Source: Alphaproteobacteria bacterium (lineage in GTDB: Bacteria > Pseudomonadota > Alphaproteobacteria > GCA-2746255). From it: a DNA stretch of 64,000 bases. The notes beneath the pieces were generated by a model. It ran no database searches and was not told the DNA's origin. It was given only the letters and a program-made list of their open reading frames with translations. Below, in pieces: positions 11,728 to 21,102 of this stretch (its first letter is position 1; each line of letters begins with the position of its first letter). The stretch lies in NCBI GenBank assembly GCA_965249135.1, contig OZ252220.1, positions 416,001 through 480,000 of the forward strand. Direction: 5' to 3'. A program made the position numbers and the translations under genes.

Positions 11728-12069
11728 ATGTTGATTTCTCCAGCCTTTGCGCAGACCGGCGGCGAGCCAAGCGGCCTCGAGATGTTCCTGCCGCTCATTC
11801 TGATTTTCGTGGTCTTCTATTTTCTGCTTATCCGTCCCCAACAAAAGAAAGCCAAACAGCATCGCCAGATGGTCGCCGCTCTGCACCGGGGGGATCGGGT
11901 CATCACCGGCGGCGGCATCATCGGCACGGTTACGAAAATCGTCGATGAAGGGGAGGTTCTGATCGAGATCGCGGAAAACGTGCGGGTCCGCGTGGCCCGG
12001 CCGACGATTACGGAAGTGTTCTCGAAGCCGGAGCCGGCCGCAAACGACGACAAAGCAAAATCCAAATGA
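11728..12069 (+). CDS. yajC: Preprotein translocase subunit YajC
   Basis: FYFLLIRPQQKK, GDRVITGGGIIG. Confidence 0.96.
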   Translation: MLISPAFAQTGGEPSGLEMFLPLILIFVVFYFLLIRPQQKKAKQHRQMVAALHRGDRVITGGGIIGTVTKIVDEGEVLIEIAENVRVRVARPTITEVFSKPEPAANDDKAKSK

Positions 12070-13640
12070 TTTATTTTGCCAGATGGAAAATTGTTCTGAT
12101 CCTTGCGGTCTGCGTTTTTGGTCTCGTGTTTGCGAGCCCGAACCTGTTTCGGGAAGGAGCACTAGAGGGACTCCCGGACTGGTTGCCCCATAAAACCATC
12201 AATCTTGGCCTCGATCTGCAGGGCGGTTCCCATCTTCTCCTGGAGGTCGAAGTCGATGCGGTGATCACGGAGCGACTCGAATCCCTCGTCGATAGCGTGC
12301 GCGTGACGCTTCGAAAGGCGCGCATCGGCTACAAGAACCTCGGCGTCAAAGGACATGCGGTCGCCTTCAGCCTGGTCAAGCCGGAAACGCTTGACGCAGT
12401 TCGGCAACTGATCGGTGGCCTGGATACGGACACGGCCTTCGAGGAAGGCGATGGCGGGGTGGTTCGGTTGGCCTATACGGAGAAGGCGCTGAAGGAAAGG
12501 CGCCAGCTTGCCGTCGAACAGTCGATCGAGATCGTCCGCCGCCGCATCGACGAGACGGGCACCCGCGAGCCGACCATCCAACGCCAGGGAACGGACCGCA
12601 TTCTCGTCCAATTGCCGGGCGTGAAGGACCCGGAACGAATCAAGAAGCTGCTTGGCAAGACTGCGAAGCTGAACTTTCACCTGGTCGATCTTACGACGAC
12701 GGTCGAAGAAGCGCGGGCCGGACGCATCCCGTCAGGCTCCGTCTTGCTGCCGTCCGATGACGTAGGACCCGACGGCCGGCCGGTTCAATACGTCATCCGC
12801 AAACGGGTCATGGTGCCCGGCGATACGCTGGTCGATGCCCAGCCGACCTTCGAAGACGCCCGCCCGGTCGTCTTCTTCAAGTTCGATTCGGTGGGCGGCA
12901 GGCGTTTCGGGGAGGTGACGAAGAACAACATCGGCAAGCCGTTTGCCATCGTGCTCGACGGCCAGGTGATCAGCGCGCCGGTGATCCGCTCGGCGATCTT
13001 GGGCGGAAGCGGCATCATCTCCGGCCGCTTTAGCGTGCAGGAGGTGCAGGATCTCGCCTTGCTGCTGCGCGCCGGTGCGCTTCCGGCTCCGCTGACCATC
13101 CTTGAGGAACGGACGGTGGGGCCGGGGCTGGGGGCCGATTCGATCCGCGCCGGCAAGATCGCCTGCGTGCTCGGCATGATTTTAGTGATCGCCTTCATGG
13201 TGGTGATTTACGGCCGGTTCGGGGTCATGGCGGACCTTGCCCTGATCGTGAACATGTTGTTGATCGCCGCCGCGCTCTCGCTTCTGCAAGCCACACTCAC
13301 CCTTCCCGGCATCGCCGGCATCGTGCTCACGATCGGCATGGCGGTGGACGCGAACGTGCTGATCTTCGAGCGGATTCGGGAAGAGGCGCGGGCCGGAAGA
13401 ACGCCGATCTCGGCAATCGATTCCGGCTATCGGCGCGCCTTGACGACGATTATCGACTCGAACCTGACGACGTTCATCGCCGCGGTCCTGTTGTTCCTCT
13501 TCGGATCGGGGCCGATAAAGGGTTTTGCGGTTACCCTTTCCATCGGGCTGATGACCTCGATGTTCACGGCGATCATGGTGACGCGGCTGATCATGGTCAC
13601 TTGGCTTCGGCGCGCCAAGCCGGCCGCGTTGCCGATTTAG
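12066..13640 (+). CDS. secD: Protein translocase subunit SecD
   Basis: LGLDLQGG, GMAVDANVLIFERIREE. Confidence 0.97.
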   Translation: MIYFARWKIVLILAVCVFGLVFASPNLFREGALEGLPDWLPHKTINLGLDLQGGSHLLLEVEVDAVITERLESLVDSVRVTLRKARIGYKNLGVKGHAVAFSLVKPETLDAVRQLIGGLDTDTAFEEGDGGVVRLAYTEKALKERRQLAVEQSIEIVRRRIDETGTREPTIQRQGTDRILVQLPGVKDPERIKKLLGKTAKLNFHLVDLTTTVEEARAGRIPSGSVLLPSDDVGPDGRPVQYVIRKRVMVPGDTLVDAQPTFEDARPVVFFKFDSVGGRRFGEVTKNNIGKPFAIVLDGQVISAPVIRSAILGGSGIISGRFSVQEVQDLALLLRAGALPAPLTILEERTVGPGLGADSIRAGKIACVLGMILVIAFMVVIYGRFGVMADLALIVNMLLIAAALSLLQATLTLPGIAGIVLTIGMAVDANVLIFERIREEARAGRTPISAIDSGYRRALTTIIDSNLTTFIAAVLLFLFGSGPIKGFAVTLSIGLMTSMFTAIMVTRLIMVTWLRRAKPAALPI

Positions 13641-13643
13641 GGG

Positions 13644-14576
13644 ATGCAAATGTTCCGGATTCTCCCCGATACGCCGAAGTTCGAATTCATGCGCTGGCGC
13701 CTGATCTTCTTCGCGTTCTCAAGCCTGCTCATGCTGGGTTCGTTGGGCTTCTACTTGGCGCTGGGACTGAATTATGGCATCGACTTCGAAGGCGGCGTGC
13801 TCATCGAAGTTCGAACTTCGGCGCCGGCCGACCTTGGCGCCATGCGGGCGACGCTCGGCGGCTTGGGGCTCGGCGAGGTCGCCCTGCAGGAGTTCGGGGA
13901 ACCGACGGACGTCCTCATCCGCGTCCAGAAGCAGAAGGGCGGCGAGGAAGCCCAGCAGCGCGCCGTTGAGGCGTTGCGCGCCGCACTGGGCGACGGGGTC
14001 GATTACCGCCGGGTCGAGTTCGTCGGCCCGAAGGTGGGGGGCGAATTGATCGTGGCGGGAGTCACCGCCGTCCTTCTCGCGATCGCCGCCATGCTGGTCT
14101 ACATCTGGTTCCGTTTCGAATGGCAGTTCGGCATCGACGCCATGCTGGCGCTTACCCACGATGTCATAGCCACGATCGGGGTCTTTTCCGTCTTCCAGTT
14201 CGAGTTCAACCTCTCGACGGTCGCCGCGATTCTCACCATCGCCGGCTATTCCATCAACGACACCGTCGTCATCTACGACCGGGTTCGTGAAAATTTGCGG
14301 AAGTACAAGCGCATGACGCTGGAGGAACTTTTCGACCGTAGCATCAACCAAACCCTGTCGCGCACGATCCGAACCAGCGTGACGACGCTGCTGGCACTGT
14401 TTGCACTCTATTTCTTTGGCGGCGAAGTGATCGCCGGCTTCAGCTTTGCCATGATCTTCGGTGTTCTTATCGGCACCTATTCGTCGATTTGCATTGCCGT
14501 ACCGCTGCTCCTTTATATGAATCTTCGCCGCGATTCCGGTGCGGACGCCTCGAGCAGGGTGGAAAAAACCGAATAA
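13644..14576 (+). CDS. secF: Protein translocase subunit SecF
   Basis: GIDFEGG, GYSINDTVVIYDRVRE. Confidence 0.97.
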   Translation: MQMFRILPDTPKFEFMRWRLIFFAFSSLLMLGSLGFYLALGLNYGIDFEGGVLIEVRTSAPADLGAMRATLGGLGLGEVALQEFGEPTDVLIRVQKQKGGEEAQQRAVEALRAALGDGVDYRRVEFVGPKVGGELIVAGVTAVLLAIAAMLVYIWFRFEWQFGIDAMLALTHDVIATIGVFSVFQFEFNLSTVAAILTIAGYSINDTVVIYDRVRENLRKYKRMTLEELFDRSINQTLSRTIRTSVTTLLALFALYFFGGEVIAGFSFAMIFGVLIGTYSSICIAVPLLLYMNLRRDSGADASSRVEKTE

Positions 14577-14586
14577 AGGGACTCGG

Positions 14587-14964
14587 ATGGATATCACGCC
14601 ACTGGTTCCGGAAGGCCTGCAGCTTATTCAAGCTTACGGCGATCGCCGTTTCCGGGTCAGCGGCGTTGCGCACGAAGGATCGCTCCTCATCTTTCCGCGT
14701 CGCACGCTTGCCTGGCAGGTGACGCGGCCCGAAGACATCACCTATGAGCTCTTAATGCCGGTCGTTGAAGCGGGCGAAACCGTCGAGGTGCTTCTTCTCG
14801 GTGCCGGAAAGGCGGCCTATCTCCTGCCCAACGCGGTGCGGGAACCCTTGCGTGCGAAAGGCATCAGTGTCGAGATCATGGACACCGGGGCTGCGTGCCG
14901 GACCTACAACGTGCTGGCCACGGAAGAACGCCTGGTGGCGGCGGCGTTGATCGCGGTCGAGTGA
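14587..14964 (+). CDS. Mth938-like domain protein (NDUFAF3 homologue)
   Basis: MDTGAACRTYNVLATEER motif; typical position after secF. Confidence 0.9.
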   Translation: MDITPLVPEGLQLIQAYGDRRFRVSGVAHEGSLLIFPRRTLAWQVTRPEDITYELLMPVVEAGETVEVLLLGAGKAAYLLPNAVREPLRAKGISVEIMDTGAACRTYNVLATEERLVAAALIAVE

Positions 14965-14993
14965 AAAAAGGCGGGGTGCCGAAGCACCCCGCC
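14964..14993 (-). terminator. Intrinsic terminator between convergent genes
   Basis: Perfect stem GGCGGGGTGC-cgaa-GCACCCCGCC preceded by A6 (U-tract on the minus strand). Confidence 0.8.
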
Positions 14994-15018
14994 CGAAAAT
15001 TCCGCGAAGATCGTGTTG

Positions 15019-15531
15019 CTAGTAGAGGTTCTGTGCCGAAACCATGGCATAGAGCATGGGGATCGAAAGGGCGGTGTTGAGCCGCGAGGTCAGCATGGCG
15101 GTGCGCGCGGAAGCCGCCTTCGCCTCGTCGCTGGCTTCCACCATGCCGAGGATCCGTTTCTGGTTCGGCCAGATGATGAACCAGACGTTGAAGGCCATGA
15201 TCAGGCCCAGCCACATGCCGATGCCGATGGCGGTCTGCTGCACGTCGCTGCCTTCCGTGAGGCCCAGCCCCAGCGCGTTGACCAGGTAACCGCTCCGCCA
15301 TGCCAGCAGGAGCCCGAAGACGATCGTCGCCAGCGCCGACCAGCGGAACCAGAACAGCGCCTTCGGCGCGATGTGTTTGCCGATCGCCGGCTTCAGTTCC
15401 GCCGGCAATCCCTTGGCAACGGGAATCTGGACGAAGTTGAAGTACCAGAGAAGACCGATCCACATGACCCCACTCAGGACATGCAGGTAGCGAATGAAGA
15501 AATCCACCCAGGTGGCATTGAAATATTCCAT
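15019..15531 (-). CDS. PuuD/urate-oxidase N-terminal-like membrane protein without cytochrome c domain
   Basis: RYLHVLSGVMWIGLLWYFNFVQ, LFWFRW, MAFNVWFIIWPNQK, SRLNTALSIPML. Confidence 0.82.
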   Translation of the reverse strand: MEYFNATWVDFFIRYLHVLSGVMWIGLLWYFNFVQIPVAKGLPAELKPAIGKHIAPKALFWFRWSALATIVFGLLLAWRSGYLVNALGLGLTEGSDVQQTAIGIGMWLGLIMAFNVWFIIWPNQKRILGMVEASDEAKAASARTAMLTSRLNTALSIPMLYAMVSAQNLY

Positions 15532-15552
15532 TTCGACTCCCTTGCGTGCCGA

Positions 15553-15639
15553 TTATAAACTGCTGACCACGACGACCATCAGGACCGTCAACACGATCCC
15601 CAGAATGACCGTCCCGGAAAGCGATTCCAGAATTTTCAT
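15553..15639 (-). CDS. 28-aa single-TM peptide MKILESLSGTVILGIVLTVLMVVVVSSL
   Basis: ATG with AAGGGGG/AGGA upstream; hydrophobic; in frame with and 21 nt upstream of the PuuD-like gene; below the ORF-track cutoff. Confidence 0.65.
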   Translation of the reverse strand: MKILESLSGTVILGIVLTVLMVVVVSSL

Positions 15640-15745
15640 GTCCTGAACCCCCTTGAAAGGCTGCGGCTCATGCTTCCGCACATTGGAATTACTCTAACTA
15701 TATCGTGGCGCGGGCTTCGCGGAAAGGGATAGCTGAAAATTCTTA

Positions 15746-17669
15746 GTGCGCCCCGACGGCGCGTAACACCAGTGGAGGAAGGATCCACCCAGACAGTTGT
15801 CGGTTTGATCTGGGAGCTGACAGGCGGTCTTGTCGGGTAACCGGCGGGACCGAAGTCCTGTGACAAAGGCCGCCTTGGGCGGTTGAGCGACCTTGCGGGC
15901 CGAACGCGAGTGAAGCCTGAGCAGGCCTCGAAAGTGAAGATATGGACGCCGACCCTCCTGAGATTAGGGGAAGGCCGCGTGGAACGGGGGAGTAACCGAC
16001 GAATGCACCCGTTCCGGTCCGCCGGGGTAGTGGGCACGGCACGCAAGGAAGGTGATACGGGTAATCGGGGGAGGCCCGTCGCGGGCGAGGGTAGCGGCCT
16101 CAACGTCACCTCGGGTGGCGGCGCGGGCGGGAATCGGAAAGGGTGATAGTACCGTTGATGCCGGGTAATGCCGGCGGAGGGAAGCACCCTTACTTCTGGT
16201 GCGCTTTTGACGGAGAGGAGGCGGGGTGATTGGCGATGCGCCTGCAAACACCTGAAAAGATCCGGACTCTCCAGAGGAAGCTCTATCTCAAGGCGAAGGC
16301 GGAACCGGACTTCCGCTTCTACCTGCTCTACGACAAGGTCTATCGCGAAGACATCCTGTTCCATGCCTACCGACTGGCGCGGTCCAACAAGGGCGCGCCG
16401 GGGGTGGATGGACAGAGCTTCGAGGAGATCGAGGCGATGGGGCTGGAGGGGTGGCTGTCCGGGATCAGGGACGACCTTCGCGCCAAGACGTACAGACCTG
16501 AGCCGGTGCGGCGGGCGATGGTCCCAAAGCCCGGCGGCGGCGAACGACCGCTCGGCATCCCGACGATCCGGGACCGGGTGGTGCAAGGCGCCGTCAAGCT
16601 CGTGATCGAACCGATCTTCGAGGCCGATCTCGAGCCCAGTGCCTATGGCTACCGACCGAAACGCTCTGCGGGCGATGCCGTCCAGGCGGTCCACAAGCTT
16701 CTCTGTCGCGGCTACACGGACGTGGTTGACGCGGATTTGTCCAAGTACTTCGATACGATTCCCCATGCGGAACTGATGCAATCGGTTGCGCGCCGGATCG
16801 TCGATCGCAACGTCCTGCGCCTGATCAAATTGTGGCTCAAGACACCGGTCGAGGAGACCGACGGGGATGGCAAGCGGCGCATGACGGGCGGCCGGGGGAG
16901 CACACGGGGAACCCCGCAAGGCGGGATTGTTTCGCCGCTGCTCGCCGCGCTCTACATGAACCGCTTTCTGAAGTACTGGCGGATCACCGGGCAGGGCACA
17001 AGGTTCCGCGCCGAGGTGGTGAACTATGCCGATGACCTTGTCATCCTCAGTCGCGGACACGCGAGGGAGGCCTTGGTCTGGACGCGGCAGGTGATGACCC
17101 GGCTGGGACTGACCCTGAACGAGGCCAAGACCAGCGTCCGCGATGGCCGCAAGGAGAGCTTCGACTTCCTGGGCTATAGCTTCGGCCCGCAGCGCTTTCG
17201 CAAGGATGGCCACTGGTATCTGGGGGCGAGCCCGTCCAGGAAGAGCGTGGCTCGGCTCAAGCTGAAGGTCCGAGGGCTCCTGCGGCCCGGCAACCAGGCA
17301 CCCTGGCCCGAGGCGCGACCAGCTGAACAGCGTGCTGCGCGGCTGGCCGCACTACTTCGGCTACGGGACGCGCCTGCCGGCCTATCGAGCGGTCGACAAT
17401 TACGTCTATGAGCGCGTGCGGCATTCTCTGGTCAGGCGTCACAAGGTGCCGTCGCGCGGCACCACGCGGTTCTCTGCTGGGACCGTGTTCGGGGATCTCG
17501 GCGTGCTTCGGCTGCGCCGGGTTCATCTTGGCCCCCCGCCGTGTGCCCCGGGATGAAGCCAGTCGGAAAGCCGGATGCGGGAAATTCGCACGTCCGGCTT
17601 GATGAGCGGGGAAGGGAAACGGAGTGATGCCAATGCGGTACAAACCACCGCGCCCTTCCTCGACTCTAC
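15746..17669 (+). mobile_element. Group II intron (RT/maturase-encoding, no endonuclease domain)
   Basis: 5' end GTGCG at 15746; domain V AAGCCGGATGCGGGAAATTCGCACGTCCGGCTT (~17568-17600); domain VI ending CGACTCTAC at 17669; internal RT ORF. Confidence 0.93.
16236..17556 (+). pseudogene. ltrA: Group II intron reverse transcriptase/maturase, frameshifted near 17313
   Basis: RPLGIPTIRDRVVQ, GTPQGGIVSPLL, NYADD, FDFLG; maturase motif LRGWPHYFGYG continues in another frame (17314-17556). Confidence 0.88.
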
Positions 17670-18089
17670 CTCTTCGACCGTCACCGTGATGACCCTCGAG
17701 ACCACGGGTGGGTCGTGGGGGATGTGGTTGTGGTCACCCAGAAGCATTTGCAGGCTGTGCTTGCCGGGCTCGAGGCTGATTTCCGCCTCCGTCTGGCCGC
17801 CGCCGAAATGCCGGTGCTGATCGTTTTTCGCGATCGGTTCGCCGAGTGGCGGCAGGCCGGTGTCGATCAGCAGGTGATGATGGCCGCCCTGCGCATGTTC
17901 GGTGCCGGCCGGTACGATCGTCAGGCCCTTCGCTCCGAAAACAAGTTTAAACGGGCTTTTCACGACGGCCCCATCGTTTGGTTCGATGAAGAACACCTCG
18001 CCCGAGGATTCCCGTTGCGTTTGTTGAGAGAAAATGACGATGGCCACCACCACCGCAATCGCAGCAAGGATGAGCAGGGATCGCTGCAC
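17523..18089 (-). CDS. DUF4399-like exported protein; native end at 17670, now extended 48 aa into intron sequence
   Basis: N-terminal TM/signal, VFFIEPNDG, GHHHLLID, HFGGGQTE, LEPGKHSLQMLLGDHNH, ends ITVTVEE. Confidence 0.85.
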   Translation of the reverse strand: MQRSLLILAAIAVVVAIVIFSQQTQRESSGEVFFIEPNDGAVVKSPFKLVFGAKGLTIVPAGTEHAQGGHHHLLIDTGLPPLGEPIAKNDQHRHFGGGQTEAEISLEPGKHSLQMLLGDHNHIPHDPPVVSRVITVTVEEVESRKGAVVCTALASLRFPSPLIKPDVRISRIRLSDWLHPGAHGGGPR

Positions 18090-18221
18090 GGCATTTTCCT
18101 TCGGTTGCTTTGCCGGTTTTACCCAGTCCCCGATAGGGGAAACGCTAGGCCTTTACCTTTGCCGCTTGTCAAAAGGCACAACGAAGACGCGGTCGGAACC
18201 GCCTGCCACCTGCAAATTTGT

Positions 18222-18818
18222 TCAGTTCTTCGGTGCCCTGGTGCCCTGATAGGTCCCTGGCCGGTCCGCCCCCGGAATGCCCCGGAGACCGCCGGAGCGG
18301 GATTTGGCATGCACGGTGATTTTCTTCGAAACCACGTAAGGCTTGAGAGGGACGCTGTTGTGATCGACCATCATGAGTTGCTCGGTGTGCTCGCCCACGG
18401 TCACCGTAATCTGCACATCCGCTTCCCCGGAAGTTCGGTTCACTATGTGAAGCACCATATTCTCCCCGTATAATTGGGAAGCACCAACTCCCGGCTTCGA
18501 CGGATCGCCATCGGTCAGGTTCGCCTGGTTTTTCCGATCGATAAAAGCCCCTTCTGGGACGGGCTGGCCGTGTGGCGGCAATTCATCGAGATCGACCAGA
18601 ACGACGACATGCCCACCGTCCTCATGCTCGACCCCTGCCTTGACACGCTTCATGTCCTTCACGCGCGCGATGACGGCGTGTGTGGGCCGTACAGTTTCCC
18701 CATCCTTCGGTGTGATGAAGGTTACCGATCCAATGGGTTCTGTTGGCTCGCATGCCGTGAGCGCCATGGCCGCCGCCAGCGACGCGACGGCAGCTAGGCT
18801 AGCCAGGCCCATTTTCAT
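18222..18818 (-). CDS. Divergent DUF4399-like lipoprotein
   Basis: Lipobox LTAC; VTFITPKDG, GGHVVVLVD, GEHTEQLMMVDHNSVP, SKKITV align by eye with the neighbouring gene; start placed at ATG 18818. Confidence 0.65.
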   Translation of the reverse strand: MKMGLASLAAVASLAAAMALTACEPTEPIGSVTFITPKDGETVRPTHAVIARVKDMKRVKAGVEHEDGGHVVVLVDLDELPPHGQPVPEGAFIDRKNQANLTDGDPSKPGVGASQLYGENMVLHIVNRTSGEADVQITVTVGEHTEQLMMVDHNSVPLKPYVVSKKITVHAKSRSGGLRGIPGADRPGTYQGTRAPKN

Positions 18819-18896
18819 GGCTTCCTCCCTGATTGCATTCCGGTGTTCCCCCCGATCTATTGCCACTAAACTAGTAAATCCGTCAACCTTGGGCAA

Positions 18897-19748
18897 ATGG
18901 CAAAAATCGACCACCATACCTACTGCGAAGAGCAGGTCCGGCGCTTCGATCAAGACCGCTACCTTACTGCACTTTTCGCACCGGAGAAAGCAAGGCGAGG
19001 CCTTGCCGCCCTTTATGCCTTCAATCTGGAAATCGCCCGAATTCCGGAAGCCACGACGGAACCCCTGATCGGCGAGATCCGGCTTGAATGGTGGCGGGAG
19101 GCGATTGCCGGTGCCTATGCAGGAGCCCCCCGCCAGCATGCCATCGTTGCCTGCCTGGCCGAGGCCATCCATGCCCATGGCCTAACACGGGCCCATTTCG
19201 ACCGGCTGCTGGACGCGCGGTCGTTCGATCAGGAGCGCACGACCCCGGCCTCCCTCGAGGAACTAAAGGCCTATGCGGAGGCGACGTCTTCGGGCCTCGT
19301 TCGGCTCGCGCTCGAGATTCTGGGCGTGGGCGAAAACGAAGTCGCGGAGAAGGCGGCGCGCGGGATCGGTATCGCCTGGGCGTTGACCGGTCTGCTCAGG
19401 GCCGTTCCTTTTCATGGCCGCGCCGATCGCACCTACCTGCCGGGCGATCTCATGAAGGCGGCCGGGGTAAGCGTACGCCAACTTCAATCCGGAAAATCGA
19501 CGCCCGGCCTTGAGGGCATCGCGAAAACCCTTGCCGAGGAGGCGCACGCCAACCTTCGCATCGCCCGGCAGGGAAGGTCGGCGGTGCCGAAGGCGGCGGT
19601 GTCGGCCCTTCTGCTGGGGGCGCTGGCCGATGGCCACTTGCGCGTGCTTGCCAAGGCCGGTTACGACCTGTTCGACCCTAGGGTGCTGAAGCCGCAACCG
19701 TTTCGCGAGGCGCGGCTGTGGCTGCGGGCGCGGGCAGGGAATTACTGA
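18897..19748 (+). CDS. Squalene/phytoene synthase family protein (NDUFAF6-like)
   Basis: DQDRYLTALFAP, LYAFNLEIAR, IRLEWWRE. Confidence 0.9.
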   Translation: MAKIDHHTYCEEQVRRFDQDRYLTALFAPEKARRGLAALYAFNLEIARIPEATTEPLIGEIRLEWWREAIAGAYAGAPRQHAIVACLAEAIHAHGLTRAHFDRLLDARSFDQERTTPASLEELKAYAEATSSGLVRLALEILGVGENEVAEKAARGIGIAWALTGLLRAVPFHGRADRTYLPGDLMKAAGVSVRQLQSGKSTPGLEGIAKTLAEEAHANLRIARQGRSAVPKAAVSALLLGALADGHLRVLAKAGYDLFDPRVLKPQPFREARLWLRARAGNY

Positions 19749-19752
19749 ACGC

Positions 19753-21102
19753 CTATTCGGCGGCGGCAAGCGAAGGGGCAAGCCACGCCTCAATGTCGTG
19801 GAGCGCGCGCTCGCACATCGCCCCTTTGCGTTCTTTCCTGCCCATTTTGGTATCCCCCATTTTGGCACTCAAGGGCGGGAACAGTCCGAAATTCACGTTC
19901 ATCGGCTGGAAGGTGTCGGCGTCCGCACCACCGGTGATGTGGTTGAGCAAGGCGCCTAGGGCCGTCGTGGGCGGCGGCGGTGCGATCGGCGCCCCCTTGG
20001 CGGCGGCGGCCGCGAAGCGTCCGGCCAGGAGTCCGATGGCGGCGCTCTCGACGTAGCCTTCGACGCCGGTGATCTGGCCGGCAAAGCGTAAGTGCGGCGC
20101 CTGTTTGAGCCTTAAGCGCGCGTCCAGAAGTTTTGGGCTGTTCAGGAAGGTGTTCCGGTGCAGGCCGCCCAGACGGGCGAACTCGGCCGTCTCGAGCCCC
20201 GGGATCATGCGGAACAGGCGCGTCTGCTCGCCATGTTTCAGCTTCGTCTGAAAGCCGACCAGGTTGTAGAGCGTGCCGAGCGCGTTGTCCTGACGCAGCT
20301 GGACGACCGCGTAAGGCTTTTCCGGGTGGTGCGGGTTCGTAAGCCCGACCGGTTTTAGCGGCCCGAAACGAAGCGTATCAACGCCGCGCTCCGCCATCAC
20401 TTCGATCGGCAGGCAACCTTCGAAATAGGGCGTCGTTTTTTCCCAGTCGTGGAATTTGGTCTTCTCCGCGGCCAGCAGTTCGGCGGCGAAGGCCTGGTAA
20501 ACTACACGGTCGAGTGGGCAGTTGATGTAGTCTGCGCCATCCCCCTTGTCGTAGCGGGACTGGAACCAGGCCTTTTCGAAGTCGATGGTCTCCCGGTAGA
20601 CGATCGGCGCGATCGCATCGAAGAAGGCAAGGGCGTCCTCGCCGGTGAGATCTCGGATCGCTTCGGCGAGGGAGGCGGAGGTGAGGGGCCCCGTCGCCAC
20701 GATCACCGAGCCCCAGTCCTTGGGCGGTAGGCCCTTGACCTCGCCCCGGACGAGCGTGATGCGGGGGTCCTTTTCGATGGCCGCCGTCACCGCTCGGGCG
20801 AAGCCTTCCCGGTCGACGGCAAGGGCCGATCCGGCCGGCACCCGATGGCGATCGGCGAGCGCCAGGATCAGCGAGGCACAACGGCGCATCTCCGCATGCA
20901 GCAGGCCGACGGCGTTGGCGCTCGCATCGTCCGAGCGGAAGGAGTTCGAACAGACGAGTTCCGCCAGTTCCGCGGTTTGATGGGCCGCCGTCTCTTGCGC
21001 GGGGCGCATCTCGTGGAGCATGACTTCGATCCCGGCCTTGGCAAGCTGCCAGGCCGCTTCCGCCCCGGCCAAGCCACCGCCCACCACATGCACTTGTCTC
21101 AT
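19753..21102 (-). CDS. trmFO: FADH2/folate-dependent tRNA (uracil-5)-methyltransferase
   Basis: [45 protein letters not shown]. Confidence 0.96.
   Translation of the reverse strand: MRQVHVVGGGLAGAEAAWQLAKAGIEVMLHEMRPAQETAAHQTAELAELVCSNSFRSDDASANAVGLLHAEMRRCASLILALADRHRVPAGSALAVDREGFARAVTAAIEKDPRITLVRGEVKGLPPKDWGSVIVATGPLTSASLAEAIRDLTGEDALAFFDAIAPIVYRETIDFEKAWFQSRYDKGDGADYINCPLDRVVYQAFAAELLAAEKTKFHDWEKTTPYFEGCLPIEVMAERGVDTLRFGPLKPVGLTNPHHPEKPYAVVQLRQDNALGTLYNLVGFQTKLKHGEQTRLFRMIPGLETAEFARLGGLHRNTFLNSPKLLDARLRLKQAPHLRFAGQITGVEGYVESAAIGLLAGRFAAAAAKGAPIAPPPPTTALGALLNHITGGADADTFQPMNVNFGLFPPLSAKMGDTKMGRKERKGAMCERALHDIEAWLAPSLAAAE

Noticed and set aside
15636-17213. 525-aa minus-strand ORF over the intron
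   Set aside because: Antisense shadow of the RT gene and ribozyme, with no recognisable motifs
16236-17556. RT as part of a retron, DGR or defence system
   Set aside because: Flanked by a GTGCG 5' end and domains V/VI and has a maturase motif; no template/variable repeat pair seen
18897-19748. Carotenoid or hopanoid biosynthesis cluster
   Set aside because: Lone NDUFAF6-like homologue lacking clear DDxxD motifs, in its usual housekeeping context
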